DNA from: Candidatus Hadarchaeota archaeon | Lineage (GTDB): Archaea; CAYQAE01; CAYVLA01 | DNA length: 64,000 nt | Direction: 5' to 3' | NCBI GenBank assembly: GCA_964452145.1 | Contig: CAYVLA010000003.1 | Span: forward strand, 1-64,000 | Part shown: positions 9,956 through 19,503 of the stretch, in pieces | Numbering within the stretch: the first letter of the stretch is position 1 | Layout: each line of letters opens with the position of its first letter | Made by a program: the position numbers and the translations under genes | Notes under the pieces: model-generated | What the model saw: the letters and a program-made list of their open reading frames with translations, nothing else | The model's database searches: none | What the model was told of the DNA's origin: nothing

Positions 9956-10759
9956 GTGCACGACGAGAAGAGATTCGCCCTCAGGGTGGACATCGACACG
10001 GTGAGGGATCTGATCGACGGCGTGCCCCCGCTTCTGGACATCTGCCTGAAGGCCGGCGTCAAGGCGACGTTTTTCGCGACGGTGGGAAGGGACACCGCGG
10101 CTAGGGCGTTCATGCGCTCGCCGCGGCTTACAAGGCACATGGCTGTCTGCCCTTTGAGGAAGTACGGCCCACGGGAGATAGCGGCGTCCTTGTTCGGAAG
10201 GGACTTCGGCAGACATGCAGAGAGATTCAGGGAGATAGAGGCGAAGGGTCATGAGCTCCAACTACACTGCTACGACCACGTCGAATGGGTGAGGAAGGTC
10301 GCCACGGCGAGTCCTTTGCAGGTGGAGGAGATGATCGTGCGGGGCATGGACGCCTTCGGTAGGATCATGGATCGACCTCCTGAGGCATTCGCCTCCCCGT
10401 CCTTCATGGTCACCGAAGCCGTTCTGGAGGCCGAGGAGAAGCTTGGCTTCAGGTATGCGAGCGACTTCTTCATCGAGGGGGACTGCATCCCCTTCACCAA
10501 GGGACGCCGTGTGCTTCAGATCCCGGTGAACGTTCCCCTCCCGGAGGACATGGTGGCCCGGGGCATTGAGGATGAAAGGATATGCTCGACCATCATCGAT
10601 GCCGTGGATCACAACTCGCTGACGGTTATGTACATCCACCCATCGTACGAGGCTCTGTGCAGGCCCGATCTGCTCAGCTTGGTGCTTGGAGCGGCAAGGG
10701 ATCGGGCAAAGACGGTGACTCTAGGGGAGATCTGGAGGGCTTGGAGTCCATCAAACTGA
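9956..10759 (+). CDS. Polysaccharide deacetylase family protein, ArnD-like
   Basis: LRVDIDT..D...GVP.LL, ATFFATVGRD, HELQLHCYDH, C-terminal YIHP; N-terminus matches the ArnD pattern. Confidence 0.8.
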   Translation: MHDEKRFALRVDIDTVRDLIDGVPPLLDICLKAGVKATFFATVGRDTAARAFMRSPRLTRHMAVCPLRKYGPREIAASLFGRDFGRHAERFREIEAKGHELQLHCYDHVEWVRKVATASPLQVEEMIVRGMDAFGRIMDRPPEAFASPSFMVTEAVLEAEEKLGFRYASDFFIEGDCIPFTKGRRVLQIPVNVPLPEDMVARGIEDERICSTIIDAVDHNSLTVMYIHPSYEALCRPDLLSLVLGAARDRAKTVTLGEIWRAWSPSN

Positions 10760-11913
10760 CATTGGTCTATGAGCTGGGACCCACAGACGACGGGGGCTTC
10801 CTGGGGGGCATAGAGTCCCACATCCTGGGCCTTGCGGGGGAGTTGGCCAAGGACCACGAGGTCACCCTCCTCACCGGGATGATCCCGGGAGCCAAGCCCA
10901 GAACCGAGATGAACGGGTTCAGCCTGGTCAGATCCGATTTTCTGGGGCTGGTGGCTAGATCCTGGAATCCCACGAATCTCACCAACTATCGCCAGCTCTC
11001 CTCGCTCCCGGCATTCATGAGAAGCGGCCCAAGTCTGGGGGCCGACCTGTACCACGGACACGTCTATGCCTCGGGCCTTGCAGCTCTGGCCCTCTCCAAG
11101 CTCACAGGCGGACGCGCAGTGAACACGATCCACGGATCCTACTATGACCACTGGAGGGAGATCACCGGATCGGGCCCGAAATCGGCCGCCTACCGATTAG
11201 CAGAACGCCATCTGGCAACGTTTCTGGCAAAGGAGTGCGACGGACAGATCCACACCGCGACCGACTTCGCCGAGAAAGTCAAGACGTGGAGCGGACGGGG
11301 CGACAGAATACACGTCATTCTCAACGGCGTGGACACCGAGAGATTCGCTCCCGACGTGGTGCCGATGGAGCTCTCCGACAAGCCAGTGGTCATGACGGTG
11401 AGGAGGCTGGTCCCCAAGAACGGGGTGAGATACTTCGTGGAGGCCTGTTCCCAGGTGGAGTCCGCCTGCGACTTCGTCATCGTCGGGGACGGCCCTCAGA
11501 GAGCCCAGCTCGAGCGCCTAACGGGGGAACTTGGCGTGTCTGGACGGGTGAGGTTTCTCGGCCCCGTCCCAAACAGAAAGCTGCCCGGGGTGCTCGCGGC
11601 AGCCGATGTGGTCGTCGTCCCCAGCCTGGTGGAGGCGTCAAGCATATCCCTCCTCGAGGCGATGGCGATGGGAAAGCCCTGCATCGTCACGAACATCCCT
11701 GGGATAGACGAGGTCGCCAGCCCTGATAGGAGCGTGATGGTTGCCCCCGCGGATGCCGGTGCGATAGCACGGTCCGTTGACCGGCTGATTTGTGATCCCG
11801 GATTGCGGAGGATGCTAGGGCGCAGAGGCAGGGACTATGTGGTCTCCCACCGATCCCAACAGATCATGGCCAGACAGACGCTGCAGATCTACAAGCAGTG
11901 CCTCTCAATCTAG
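10741..11913 (+). CDS. GT4 (GT-B) glycosyltransferase
   Basis: GGIESHI, NTIHG, ILNGVD, RRLVPKNG, EASSISLLEAMAMGKP; probable TTG start after GGAGG. Confidence 0.92.
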   Translation: MESIKLTLVYELGPTDDGGFLGGIESHILGLAGELAKDHEVTLLTGMIPGAKPRTEMNGFSLVRSDFLGLVARSWNPTNLTNYRQLSSLPAFMRSGPSLGADLYHGHVYASGLAALALSKLTGGRAVNTIHGSYYDHWREITGSGPKSAAYRLAERHLATFLAKECDGQIHTATDFAEKVKTWSGRGDRIHVILNGVDTERFAPDVVPMELSDKPVVMTVRRLVPKNGVRYFVEACSQVESACDFVIVGDGPQRAQLERLTGELGVSGRVRFLGPVPNRKLPGVLAAADVVVVPSLVEASSISLLEAMAMGKPCIVTNIPGIDEVASPDRSVMVAPADAGAIARSVDRLICDPGLRRMLGRRGRDYVVSHRSQQIMARQTLQIYKQCLSI

Positions 11914-12287
11914 GCCCGCGAAAGGAGCACCACTGCAAGAATCCCCAGCAATATCCCGGCGCCGATCCGCAGGTCGACCTTCTCCCTCAGGACCGCCACG
12001 CACAAGGTGGCGAACAGCACGTTGCCCACAATGATTACGAGATTCAGCCCCACCACAGCAGGGACTTCGTTGGATAGGAAGGCGAGATCCAAGGCCAGGA
12101 CGAGCAACCCCATGGCCAGCACCAGGTACACGTAGGGATTCCTGGCAAGGGATAGGACATACGAGGTCTTCAACACCTCCGCCAGCCCCGTCCTCTCCAG
12201 ACGCGAAGCGGCCACTTTGTGGAGGAAGAGGTTGATTCCGCTTAGGATTCCCGCGACCAGGGCGAAGACCAGGAGCCTGCTATCCAA
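11910..12287 (-). CDS. Small four-TM DMT/EamA-like protein (ArnE/ArnF-like)
   Basis: 125 aa with four hydrophobic helices; C-terminal VLREKV...GAGILLGILAVVLL is typical of the EamA/SMR fold. Confidence 0.65.
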   Translation of the reverse strand: MDSRLLVFALVAGILSGINLFLHKVAASRLERTGLAEVLKTSYVLSLARNPYVYLVLAMGLLVLALDLAFLSNEVPAVVGLNLVIIVGNVLFATLCVAVLREKVDLRIGAGILLGILAVVLLSRA

Positions 12288-12290
12288 GGT

Positions 12291-13064
12291 CTACCCCCCG
12301 GCGGGCCGCGATTCCGCGGGATCTGCCGTCCTCTGAACGCGATGATACACTAAGAACCAGAAGACGAAGATCCACCCAATGAAGAATACGAATCCGAAGT
12401 AGTCATGGAAGCTCTTCATGGCTCTGAAGCCGATGTGGTGGGTGATCAGGCAGAGCACCACGATCCTAATGATGTTGGCTGAGTAAGTGCCCAGTGCCCC
12501 GATGGCGAAGTATACGGCCCCCATTCTCCAGCTTAGCTTGGCCCGTAGATCCACGAGCATCATGGCAAAGAACGCCAGGAACAGAAACGATGAGTGGATT
12601 CCCGAGCACTCCTCCGTCACCAGCAGCGTAACCGGCAAGGGGTAATCCGGCGCTTGGAGGATGATCTCGTTGCCCACCCCCGAGAATGGCAGGCCTATCA
12701 CCTTCAAAGTCGATCTGGAAAGGTACATGACGTTGCCGAGCCACACCTTGCCGAAGGAGGTCTCCAGGAGGTACTTGTCAAAGCCGATCGTGATCAGGAA
12801 GTAGAAGACCAGCACCGGCGTCACGAAGAAGTACAGAAGCTCCTTGTACCGCAGAAGAGCGACGTATTCCACCGAGAGGTACCGGTACGCCAAGAAGAGC
12901 GAGGCTATGCCGACGAAGACCAGGCCGGACGCCGTCGCCAAGCCGCTCGCCCGCAGCCTCTGAAATAGGAGGTATGCGACCAAGGCAAACCCGACGTACG
13001 AGTAACCAAGAAGGGCCCGGGGAGAGAGCGAGAGGTTTTCCCTGATCTGGGAGATCGCCTTCAT
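12291..13064 (-). CDS. Exosortase/archaeosortase family protein
   Basis: Cys-Arg-His triad context: VTEECSGIHS, ANIIRIVVL, FHDYFG; multi-TM; start MKAISQ at 13064. Confidence 0.9.
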   Translation of the reverse strand: MKAISQIRENLSLSPRALLGYSYVGFALVAYLLFQRLRASGLATASGLVFVGIASLFLAYRYLSVEYVALLRYKELLYFFVTPVLVFYFLITIGFDKYLLETSFGKVWLGNVMYLSRSTLKVIGLPFSGVGNEIILQAPDYPLPVTLLVTEECSGIHSSFLFLAFFAMMLVDLRAKLSWRMGAVYFAIGALGTYSANIIRIVVLCLITHHIGFRAMKSFHDYFGFVFFIGWIFVFWFLVYHRVQRTADPAESRPAGG

Positions 13065-13105
13065 CCAGCCCCGCCCGCCGGCCAAACCTAATAAATGGCT
13101 TTCGG

Positions 13106-14002
13106 TTACCCCTCTCGGCGCAGACCCAAGGCAGGGTAGATAGTTGCCAAGCACAGGAGAAGGGCAGAGACAGGGATGCCAAGTTGCAGGACGCGAGGGA
13201 TATCCGTCTCGGGAAGGGTGCCGGCAGCTATCATGCGATTCACATCCTCCTGGGGGGCTAGGCCCGGGATCTGCCTCAGAACCGAGATGAGGACGAGCAG
13301 TGACTGGTACTCCAGCGGGGGCGTCTGCACACCAAGCTGGGAGCCGTGCAGGAAGGTGGTGACCGCTGCATCCCCCGGTTCCTGCCAATTAGCGGCTTGG
13401 ACAGCTTCATAAGCGCGGGCCACGGCGAGCGCCTTGTCCCTAGTCAAGCCCACGACGGGCACCCATGTCCGCGAAAACACATCGTCACGTATGACGACGT
13501 ACGGTTCCCAATTGACGTAGACGTAGGTTTTGGGCATATACCGGTAGCTGTTTTCCGAGACCACCCACCTTACGGCTACTAGGCATGCCAAGATCACCGA
13601 GAAGTATGCCACATCCCTCCACAAGGCGTGCCACCCGGGGGAAGGCGAGGAACGGAGATAGCCCATCAGCAGGATCATGACCACAAGGGCCAAGACAGGC
13701 ATCGTGACCGGAGGGTCCATGATCCCCTCGCCCAACCTGAGTCTGTAGCCAGCCTGATTCAGGATGTCATGGAAGAGGAACAGGTTGAACACGGGACCGG
13801 AGTCAAGCTTTCTGTCGCCGAAGTACCTCGAAGCCTGGGGAAAAGCTGCCACCGAGCCCAGAATGAGGACGAAAAGCGCGATCCTCCACCTTCCCAGGGG
13901 CGAGGATCCGTGCCTGCCCCTTCGCCGCGGAAGCTCGACGCCGAAGTTGATGAGTATGCAGGCAAGGAGGGCGCCGAAGAGGAAGTGCGCCGCCGGATTC
14001 AT
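13106..14002 (-). CDS. Multi-pass membrane protein with C-terminal LPE-TM-basic tail
   Basis: N-terminal AHFLFG resembles YdjM-like hydrolase starts; several TMs; ends GTLPETDIP...ALLLCLATIYPALGLRREG. Confidence 0.6.
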   Translation of the reverse strand: MNPAAHFLFGALLACILINFGVELPRRRGRHGSSPLGRWRIALFVLILGSVAAFPQASRYFGDRKLDSGPVFNLFLFHDILNQAGYRLRLGEGIMDPPVTMPVLALVVMILLMGYLRSSPSPGWHALWRDVAYFSVILACLVAVRWVVSENSYRYMPKTYVYVNWEPYVVIRDDVFSRTWVPVVGLTRDKALAVARAYEAVQAANWQEPGDAAVTTFLHGSQLGVQTPPLEYQSLLVLISVLRQIPGLAPQEDVNRMIAAGTLPETDIPRVLQLGIPVSALLLCLATIYPALGLRREG

Positions 14003-14138
14003 CGAGACATGCCTTGGTGCCCGCCTTTAATCTCTTTCACAGCTACCAGCTACCCAGCGGCTGCTCCGGACTTCGTCCGTCGGAGGCGAGAGGGTGGCCT
14101 CAATACATTTAAGAGAATTTCGGAGGATCAAGCTGGGA

Positions 14139-15392
14139 ATGGCTCCTAGGAAGGTCTCCGTCCTCGGGCTGGGAAGGATCGGTCTCCCGACGGCCGCATG
14201 TCTCGCTGAAGCTGGCTTCGAGGTTGTTGGAGTCGACATAGATCATGCCAGGCTTGATGCGATCTCCGCCGGAGAGATAGATGCCTCGGAGCCCGGGCTA
14301 CGGCAGCTTGTAGAGCTGGGCCTCAGCTCGGGCAGGTTGAGGCTCCGGACCGAGCCGGAGCCCGCAGACGTCTTCATCCTCTGCTTGCCCACCCCGCTCG
14401 CCAAAGACAACAGATGCGATCTGGACGCACTGGACGGAGCTCTCAGGTCGGTTGCGGGGGTGATCGGATCCGGCAACCTTATCGTTCTAGAGTCAACCGT
14501 CCCAGTACACACGACGCGTGACCACGTCTTGCCCTTGCTGAGGTCGTTGGGGCTCAGTACCGGGGTCATACTGGTCGCGTATGCCCCCGAGCGGATCATG
14601 TCAGGCAGGATGCTGGAGGAACTACGAAACGGCGATAGAATCATCGGAGGCATCACCCCGGCTGCCGCTGACGCCGCGAAGAACCTCTACTCAAGATTCG
14701 TGAAAGGGAACATCCACCTCACCGACACCTCGACGGCCGAGCTGGTTAAGATAATCGAGAACACATACCGCGACATCAACATCGCCTTCGCCAATGAGAT
14801 AGCGCTCTTCTGCGACAGGGAAGGCATGGACGCATGGCGCGCGATAGAGCTAGCCAACCGACACCCGAGGGTCCACATTCATCAGCCCGGACCCGGGGTC
14901 GGCGGCCACTGCATACCGGTGGTTCCGTACTTTCTTGCACAAGCCACGAAGCACAACACCATGATCAACTCCGCCCGTCAGGTAAACGAATCCATGCCGA
15001 GATATCTTGCCAACATGATCCTGAGGGAGGTCGCCGAACTGGAAAGGCCCAAGGTGGCCATCATGGGCGCGTCCTACAAGGCCAACACCCGTGATCCCAT
15101 CAACAGCGTCGCCCAGCAGGTTCTGCGCCATCTCGAGGGCGAGGATCTCCAAGTCGTGATCTGCGATCCGCTGGTCCACGAGCCCGGCCTCAATCTTGTC
15201 GATCTACCGGAGGCGCTTACTGCGGACTGCCTCGTCTTCCTGGTGAGACACGATATTTTCAGGGAACTGGATCCGCCCAAACCTTTCAGGGGAAGAGGTA
15301 CCGTGATTGACGGGGCAGACTGCATCGATCTGCAGCGCTGGGAAGCTCAGGGATGGACGGCCAGAGGCTTTGCGAAGGCTAAACCAGGCTAG
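14139..15392 (+). CDS. UDP-N-acetyl-hexosamine dehydrogenase (WecC-like nucleotide sugar dehydrogenase)
   Basis: GLGRIGLP, LESTVPV, APERI, KIIENTYRDINIAFANE, PGPGVGGHCIP. Confidence 0.92.
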   Translation: MAPRKVSVLGLGRIGLPTAACLAEAGFEVVGVDIDHARLDAISAGEIDASEPGLRQLVELGLSSGRLRLRTEPEPADVFILCLPTPLAKDNRCDLDALDGALRSVAGVIGSGNLIVLESTVPVHTTRDHVLPLLRSLGLSTGVILVAYAPERIMSGRMLEELRNGDRIIGGITPAAADAAKNLYSRFVKGNIHLTDTSTAELVKIIENTYRDINIAFANEIALFCDREGMDAWRAIELANRHPRVHIHQPGPGVGGHCIPVVPYFLAQATKHNTMINSARQVNESMPRYLANMILREVAELERPKVAIMGASYKANTRDPINSVAQQVLRHLEGEDLQVVICDPLVHEPGLNLVDLPEALTADCLVFLVRHDIFRELDPPKPFRGRGTVIDGADCIDLQRWEAQGWTARGFAKAKPG

Positions 15393-16528
15393 GGCTTGAC
15401 CCTGGCGAAGCTGATCATCCTCACTCTGCCCGACCCTGCATCAACCTCGGCGATGATGAACTTCTTTTTGACGCTGGCCGCCAGTCTTCCGGCCCGAACT
15501 ATCTCGGTGGGTGTGATGCTTGATCCCTCTGGATGGACGTGAATCAGGAAGGGTGCATGATCCAGACCCGGGCCATATTCGTACACCGCGAAGTCCACTC
15601 CGAACTTCATCCCCGATTTCACCACCAGCCCCGAGCTCTTCAGCTCCCTGTAGACGATCAGCCTCTCCCTGAAGTTAGGTTCGCTTGAGGCCAGCTCGGC
15701 GAGGGCCGATGAGGTCAGTTCGCCCTCCTGAGAATCCAGTCTGACCCTGCCCATTTCGGCCAGATATATCGACTCGTTGTGGGACAGCATAATAGGCCTG
15801 TCGAAGTCCATGGACTTTGGCTTCCTAAGCCCTATCGGCTTGCCGAAGTACCCCTCCCGGTAGAGGCTCAGGGCACCCGTCGTGTCCCAAACCACGGTCA
15901 TGGGGCCCACGAGATGTGCGATGTCGGTTCTTTCAACGCTCCCAGCCTCTCGCGACCTCGTTGTGAACCTCTTCACCTCGTAGTATGAAGCCTCTCCCTC
16001 TTCGTCGACCAAGGCCAGGTAGACGCCCTTCTTGAACCTGCCCCCCAGCGTGAGCAATGACTCGAGTTCGTCTAGACGGATGCTCTGGTTGCGGGGATAG
16101 ATCGCCACCATATGGGAACAGGGCTTGGAGGGGTTCTCGTAGAACCACAGATACGGCATGCCGGACAAGCCCGCCCTTATCCTGCGCCCCTTGCTTCGCA
16201 TGTCCCTGAAGACAAGATACTTCAGAAACAGGGAGGGCTCGGACGACAGGCCCCTACGCAGGACCTCCTCGAACGCTAGGAGTCGCCCCTGGTCCAAGAC
16301 CTGAAGAACCCCCCGTCTCATCAGGTGAAGGGCCTCCACGTCGGGTAGGAGGACGCCGCCGTCCTCCTTGAATCCGTAGCCAAGGTCGGCCAGCGATCCG
16401 GAGCTGGCGATGAAGACACCATCCTGGGCGACCACGCCTTCGTATGTCTCGGGGATCTCCTCGACAGCCTCGGACTCCCCCAACTCCTCCTCGGCCTCCG
16501 CTGAGCGCTCCTCTTCATCTTCCGACAA
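15389..16528 (-). CDS. endA: tRNA splicing endonuclease, two fused units (structural + catalytic)
   Basis: Two tandem EndA units; C-terminal unit has KSGMKFGVDFAVY, DHAPF, VKKK (Tyr/His/Lys triad) and a GYFGKPIGLRKPK loop. Confidence 0.93.
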   Translation of the reverse strand: MSEDEEERSAEAEEELGESEAVEEIPETYEGVVAQDGVFIASSGSLADLGYGFKEDGGVLLPDVEALHLMRRGVLQVLDQGRLLAFEEVLRRGLSSEPSLFLKYLVFRDMRSKGRRIRAGLSGMPYLWFYENPSKPCSHMVAIYPRNQSIRLDELESLLTLGGRFKKGVYLALVDEEGEASYYEVKRFTTRSREAGSVERTDIAHLVGPMTVVWDTTGALSLYREGYFGKPIGLRKPKSMDFDRPIMLSHNESIYLAEMGRVRLDSQEGELTSSALAELASSEPNFRERLIVYRELKSSGLVVKSGMKFGVDFAVYEYGPGLDHAPFLIHVHPEGSSITPTEIVRAGRLAASVKKKFIIAEVDAGSGRVRMISFARVKP

Positions 16529-16701
16529 AGCTCACACATACCCCGCACGGCGCAGAGAATCAAGAAGCGTGCCCGCCCGCGCTTTCATGATCGGGCAGAT
16601 AACGGAGCCAGGGAAACGATCATCTTAAATCTTTCCGGCGGCCGTGGTGCGGTTCCCGTAGCCGGAGAGATATTTCAAGTTCTTCAGTTCCCCCCGCCCG
16701 A

Positions 16702-18498
16702 ATGAGAATAGCCATCGTCGACCCCGATCGCTGCAAGGGCGGCAAGGATTGCCCCTATATCTGCCTCAGATTCTGTCCAGGCGTCCGTATGGGGGATGAA
16801 ACCGTCGTCATCAACAAAGACACGGGGAAGCCGGTCATTAGCGAATCCCTGTGCTCGGGTTGCGGAATCTGCGTGAACAAGTGCCAGTTCGGTTCACTCA
16901 CCATAATCAACCTTCTGGAGCCTCCGAAGGAGGACCCGGTCCACCGCTACGGCGAGAACGCGTTCAGGCTTTTCGGCCTCCCCATACCTAGGTCGGGGAA
17001 GGTGGTTGGAATCATCGGCCAGAACGGGATCGGAAAGACCACCGCAGTCAGAATCCTGTCGGGCGAGATGAAGCCCAACCTAGGAGACTTTGAGGGCGGG
17101 GACAAGCGTTGGCAGCAAGTTGCTGAGTTCTTCCGGGGTTCCGAGCTCCAGACATATTTTCAGAAGCTATCCGAGGGGTCCTGCAGGGTCGTCCTGAAAC
17201 CCCAGCACATAGGCCAGATACCCAGGATCGCATCGGGGAGCGCGGGCCAGCTCCTGGAGAAGGCTGATGAGAGGGGCATCTTCAGCGAGATAGTTGCCGG
17301 CCTCGATTTTCAGGAGGCCCTGGAGAAGGATGTCTCGAACCTCAGCGGAGGGGAACTCCAGCGCCTGGCAATCGGTGCCGTCCTTGGCAAGGAGGCTGAC
17401 GTCTTCTTCTTTGATGAGCCCACATCCTATCTTGACATCTACCAGCGCCTGAATGCGTCCAAGATGATCAGGGCCCTTGCAGCTCAGGGCAAGTCGGTGG
17501 TCTTGATAGAGCACGACATGACATCGTTGGACTACATGAGCGATTACGTGCATCTCCTCGTCGGGGTTCCCGGAGCGTACGGCCTGGTCTCAGGCATCAG
17601 ATCGGTGGGGGCGGGAATCAACACCTACCTGGACGGATTCCTACCCCAGGAGAACCTGAGGATCCGGGAACATCCCGTCCGCTTCAAGGTCCATTCACCC
17701 ATTGCCATCCATGAGGGGGACGAGCTGACATCCTTCAGCAGAATGGTCAAATCTTTCGATTCGCAGTTTTCGCTTCTTGTGGAAGGGGCGACCATCCGCC
17801 ATGGTTCCGTGGTCGGGGTCTTCGGGCCGAACGCCATAGGCAAGTCAACCTTCGTGAGGATGATGGCGGGGGAGATCGAGCCGGACGAGGGCAGAGTCGC
17901 GAGGAAGGTCACGGTTAGCTACAAGCCCCAGTACGTCACGGTGAGGCAGGATGAATCCGTGTCCGAGCTGTTGCGCAGGCAGGCTCAGGATCGCTATGAC
18001 ACCTCCCTTTACAGGACCCAGATCCTCCGCCCCTTGGGGGTGACCAGGCTTCTTGATCTCAGCCTCTCGACACTGAGCGGCGGGGAGCTGCAGAGGGTGG
18101 CCATCGCAGAGGCTCTGTCCAGAGACGCGGAGCTGCTGGTTCTCGACGAGCCAACGGCCCACATCGACATCGAGGATAGGCTTGTGCTGTCCGGCGTCAT
18201 AAGGGATGTGGTCGAGAAGGGCAACAAGGGTTGCTTGGTGGTCGACCATGACACACAGTTTCTAGACATAGTCTCCGATACCCTCATGATCTTCGGGGGC
18301 GAGCCAGGTGTCAGGGGGCATGGCATAGGGCCCCTCGACAAGAGAACAGGCATGAACAGCTTCCTCAGCGAGATGCAGATAACCTACAGGAGGGACTTCC
18401 ACACCGGCAGGCCTCGTATAAACAAAGAAGGCGGCAAACTGGACAAGGAGCAGAAGAGCAGAGGCGAATATTACTACCTGCCTCCCACCGAATGCTAG
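16702..18498 (+). CDS. Ribosome recycling ATPase ABCE1/RLI
   Basis: N-terminal FeS cysteine motifs, two ABC cassettes (GQNGIGKTT, GPNAIGKST), C-terminal GRPRINK...GEYYY. Confidence 0.97.
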   Translation: MRIAIVDPDRCKGGKDCPYICLRFCPGVRMGDETVVINKDTGKPVISESLCSGCGICVNKCQFGSLTIINLLEPPKEDPVHRYGENAFRLFGLPIPRSGKVVGIIGQNGIGKTTAVRILSGEMKPNLGDFEGGDKRWQQVAEFFRGSELQTYFQKLSEGSCRVVLKPQHIGQIPRIASGSAGQLLEKADERGIFSEIVAGLDFQEALEKDVSNLSGGELQRLAIGAVLGKEADVFFFDEPTSYLDIYQRLNASKMIRALAAQGKSVVLIEHDMTSLDYMSDYVHLLVGVPGAYGLVSGIRSVGAGINTYLDGFLPQENLRIREHPVRFKVHSPIAIHEGDELTSFSRMVKSFDSQFSLLVEGATIRHGSVVGVFGPNAIGKSTFVRMMAGEIEPDEGRVARKVTVSYKPQYVTVRQDESVSELLRRQAQDRYDTSLYRTQILRPLGVTRLLDLSLSTLSGGELQRVAIAEALSRDAELLVLDEPTAHIDIEDRLVLSGVIRDVVEKGNKGCLVVDHDTQFLDIVSDTLMIFGGEPGVRGHGIGPLDKRTGMNSFLSEMQITYRRDFHTGRPRINKEGGKLDKEQKSRGEYYYLPPTEC

Positions 18499-19028
18499 CC
18501 CAGGCCAAGCAAGGCCGGGACTTCAGAAAGGGAGAAGATGTAGCTGGAGTCCTTGTTGAGGTTGTAGTCGGTTCGAATCAGGTAGGCATCGATGCCTAGC
18601 TGCCTGCTAGGCACGATGTCCCGTTCGAAGCTGTCCCCGATCAGGATCACGTCCTTCTTGCCCACGCCAAGCTGGAACATCGCGTACTTGATTGGCACAA
18701 GCTCCTCCTTCTTGGCCTGGACGAGAGACGATGTGACGACCACGTCGAAGTACTGCCTTATCCCGAAGTGTTCGAGAACCGCGTTCAGACACTCCTGTAT
18801 GTGGTTAGACACCACTGCGTTCTTGACCCCATTCTTCTGCAGCTTCTTCAGCACCGGAATCAGCTTGGGGTCCAACTGCAGCTCCCGATTGACGTACTCT
18901 AAGACCTGAACCATATCCCCGTTAACAAGATATAGGTCTATCAGCTTGTTTCTCACAATATCGGGATGTAGGCCGCTCGCCGAACTCCAGAGGGTTCCAT
19001 CCGCATCGAAGAAGACGGCTTTGGTCAT
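18495..19028 (-). CDS. HAD-superfamily hydrolase
   Basis: FFDADGTL, VVSN, IGDSFERDI. Confidence 0.88.
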   Translation of the reverse strand: MTKAVFFDADGTLWSSASGLHPDIVRNKLIDLYLVNGDMVQVLEYVNRELQLDPKLIPVLKKLQKNGVKNAVVSNHIQECLNAVLEHFGIRQYFDVVVTSSLVQAKKEELVPIKYAMFQLGVGKKDVILIGDSFERDIVPSRQLGIDAYLIRTDYNLNKDSSYIFSLSEVPALLGLG

Positions 19029-19080
19029 TCAGATGAGGCTTCGAATAGCCGCGTATAAGTCTTTCGATGCTGCTTCTGCT

Positions 19081-19503
19081 TCATCGGATCGAGTACATTA
19101 TCTGCCTGCCCATCCTGTCAAATGCAGCAACGCTGTGACGGGTGTAGGGCCTTGCCATTATGAAGTGGACCAGTCCCCTTCGCCGGAAAAAATCCACATC
19201 AGATGCAGAGGGCGTCGAGCTCGTGCCGGGATGGCTGTGAATTGACCCAATCGTTTCGGTCGTGGAGGGAAGCATCCACAGGTTCATCACCACGTTATCC
19301 CTGCTCGTCAGGGTCCTGGGCAGAATGTAGCCTTCTATCCGCAGCGCATCGCCCTCGAAGGACCCTTCCAGAAGGGCACCGAACTCCCGGGGATAGGAGG
19401 ATCTCGCTGCCCCCAGAAGCTCGTCGAGCACCTCGCCTTCGAGATACAGCCTCTTGAGTACCTTGCTCTTGCCACCTAGAAGCCGGTCGAAGACCCCTGA
19501 CAT
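19081..19503 (-). CDS. JAMM/MPN+ (Mov34) metalloprotease
   Basis: YPREFGALL and GSIHSHP...PSASD JAMM motif; start MSGVF. Confidence 0.9.
   Translation of the reverse strand: MSGVFDRLLGGKSKVLKRLYLEGEVLDELLGAARSSYPREFGALLEGSFEGDALRIEGYILPRTLTSRDNVVMNLWMLPSTTETIGSIHSHPGTSSTPSASDVDFFRRRGLVHFIMARPYTRHSVAAFDRMGRQIMYSIR

Noticed and set aside
13065..13388. N-terminal extension of the archaeosortase ORF
   Set aside because: Overlaps the upstream gene in another frame and has non-protein-like composition
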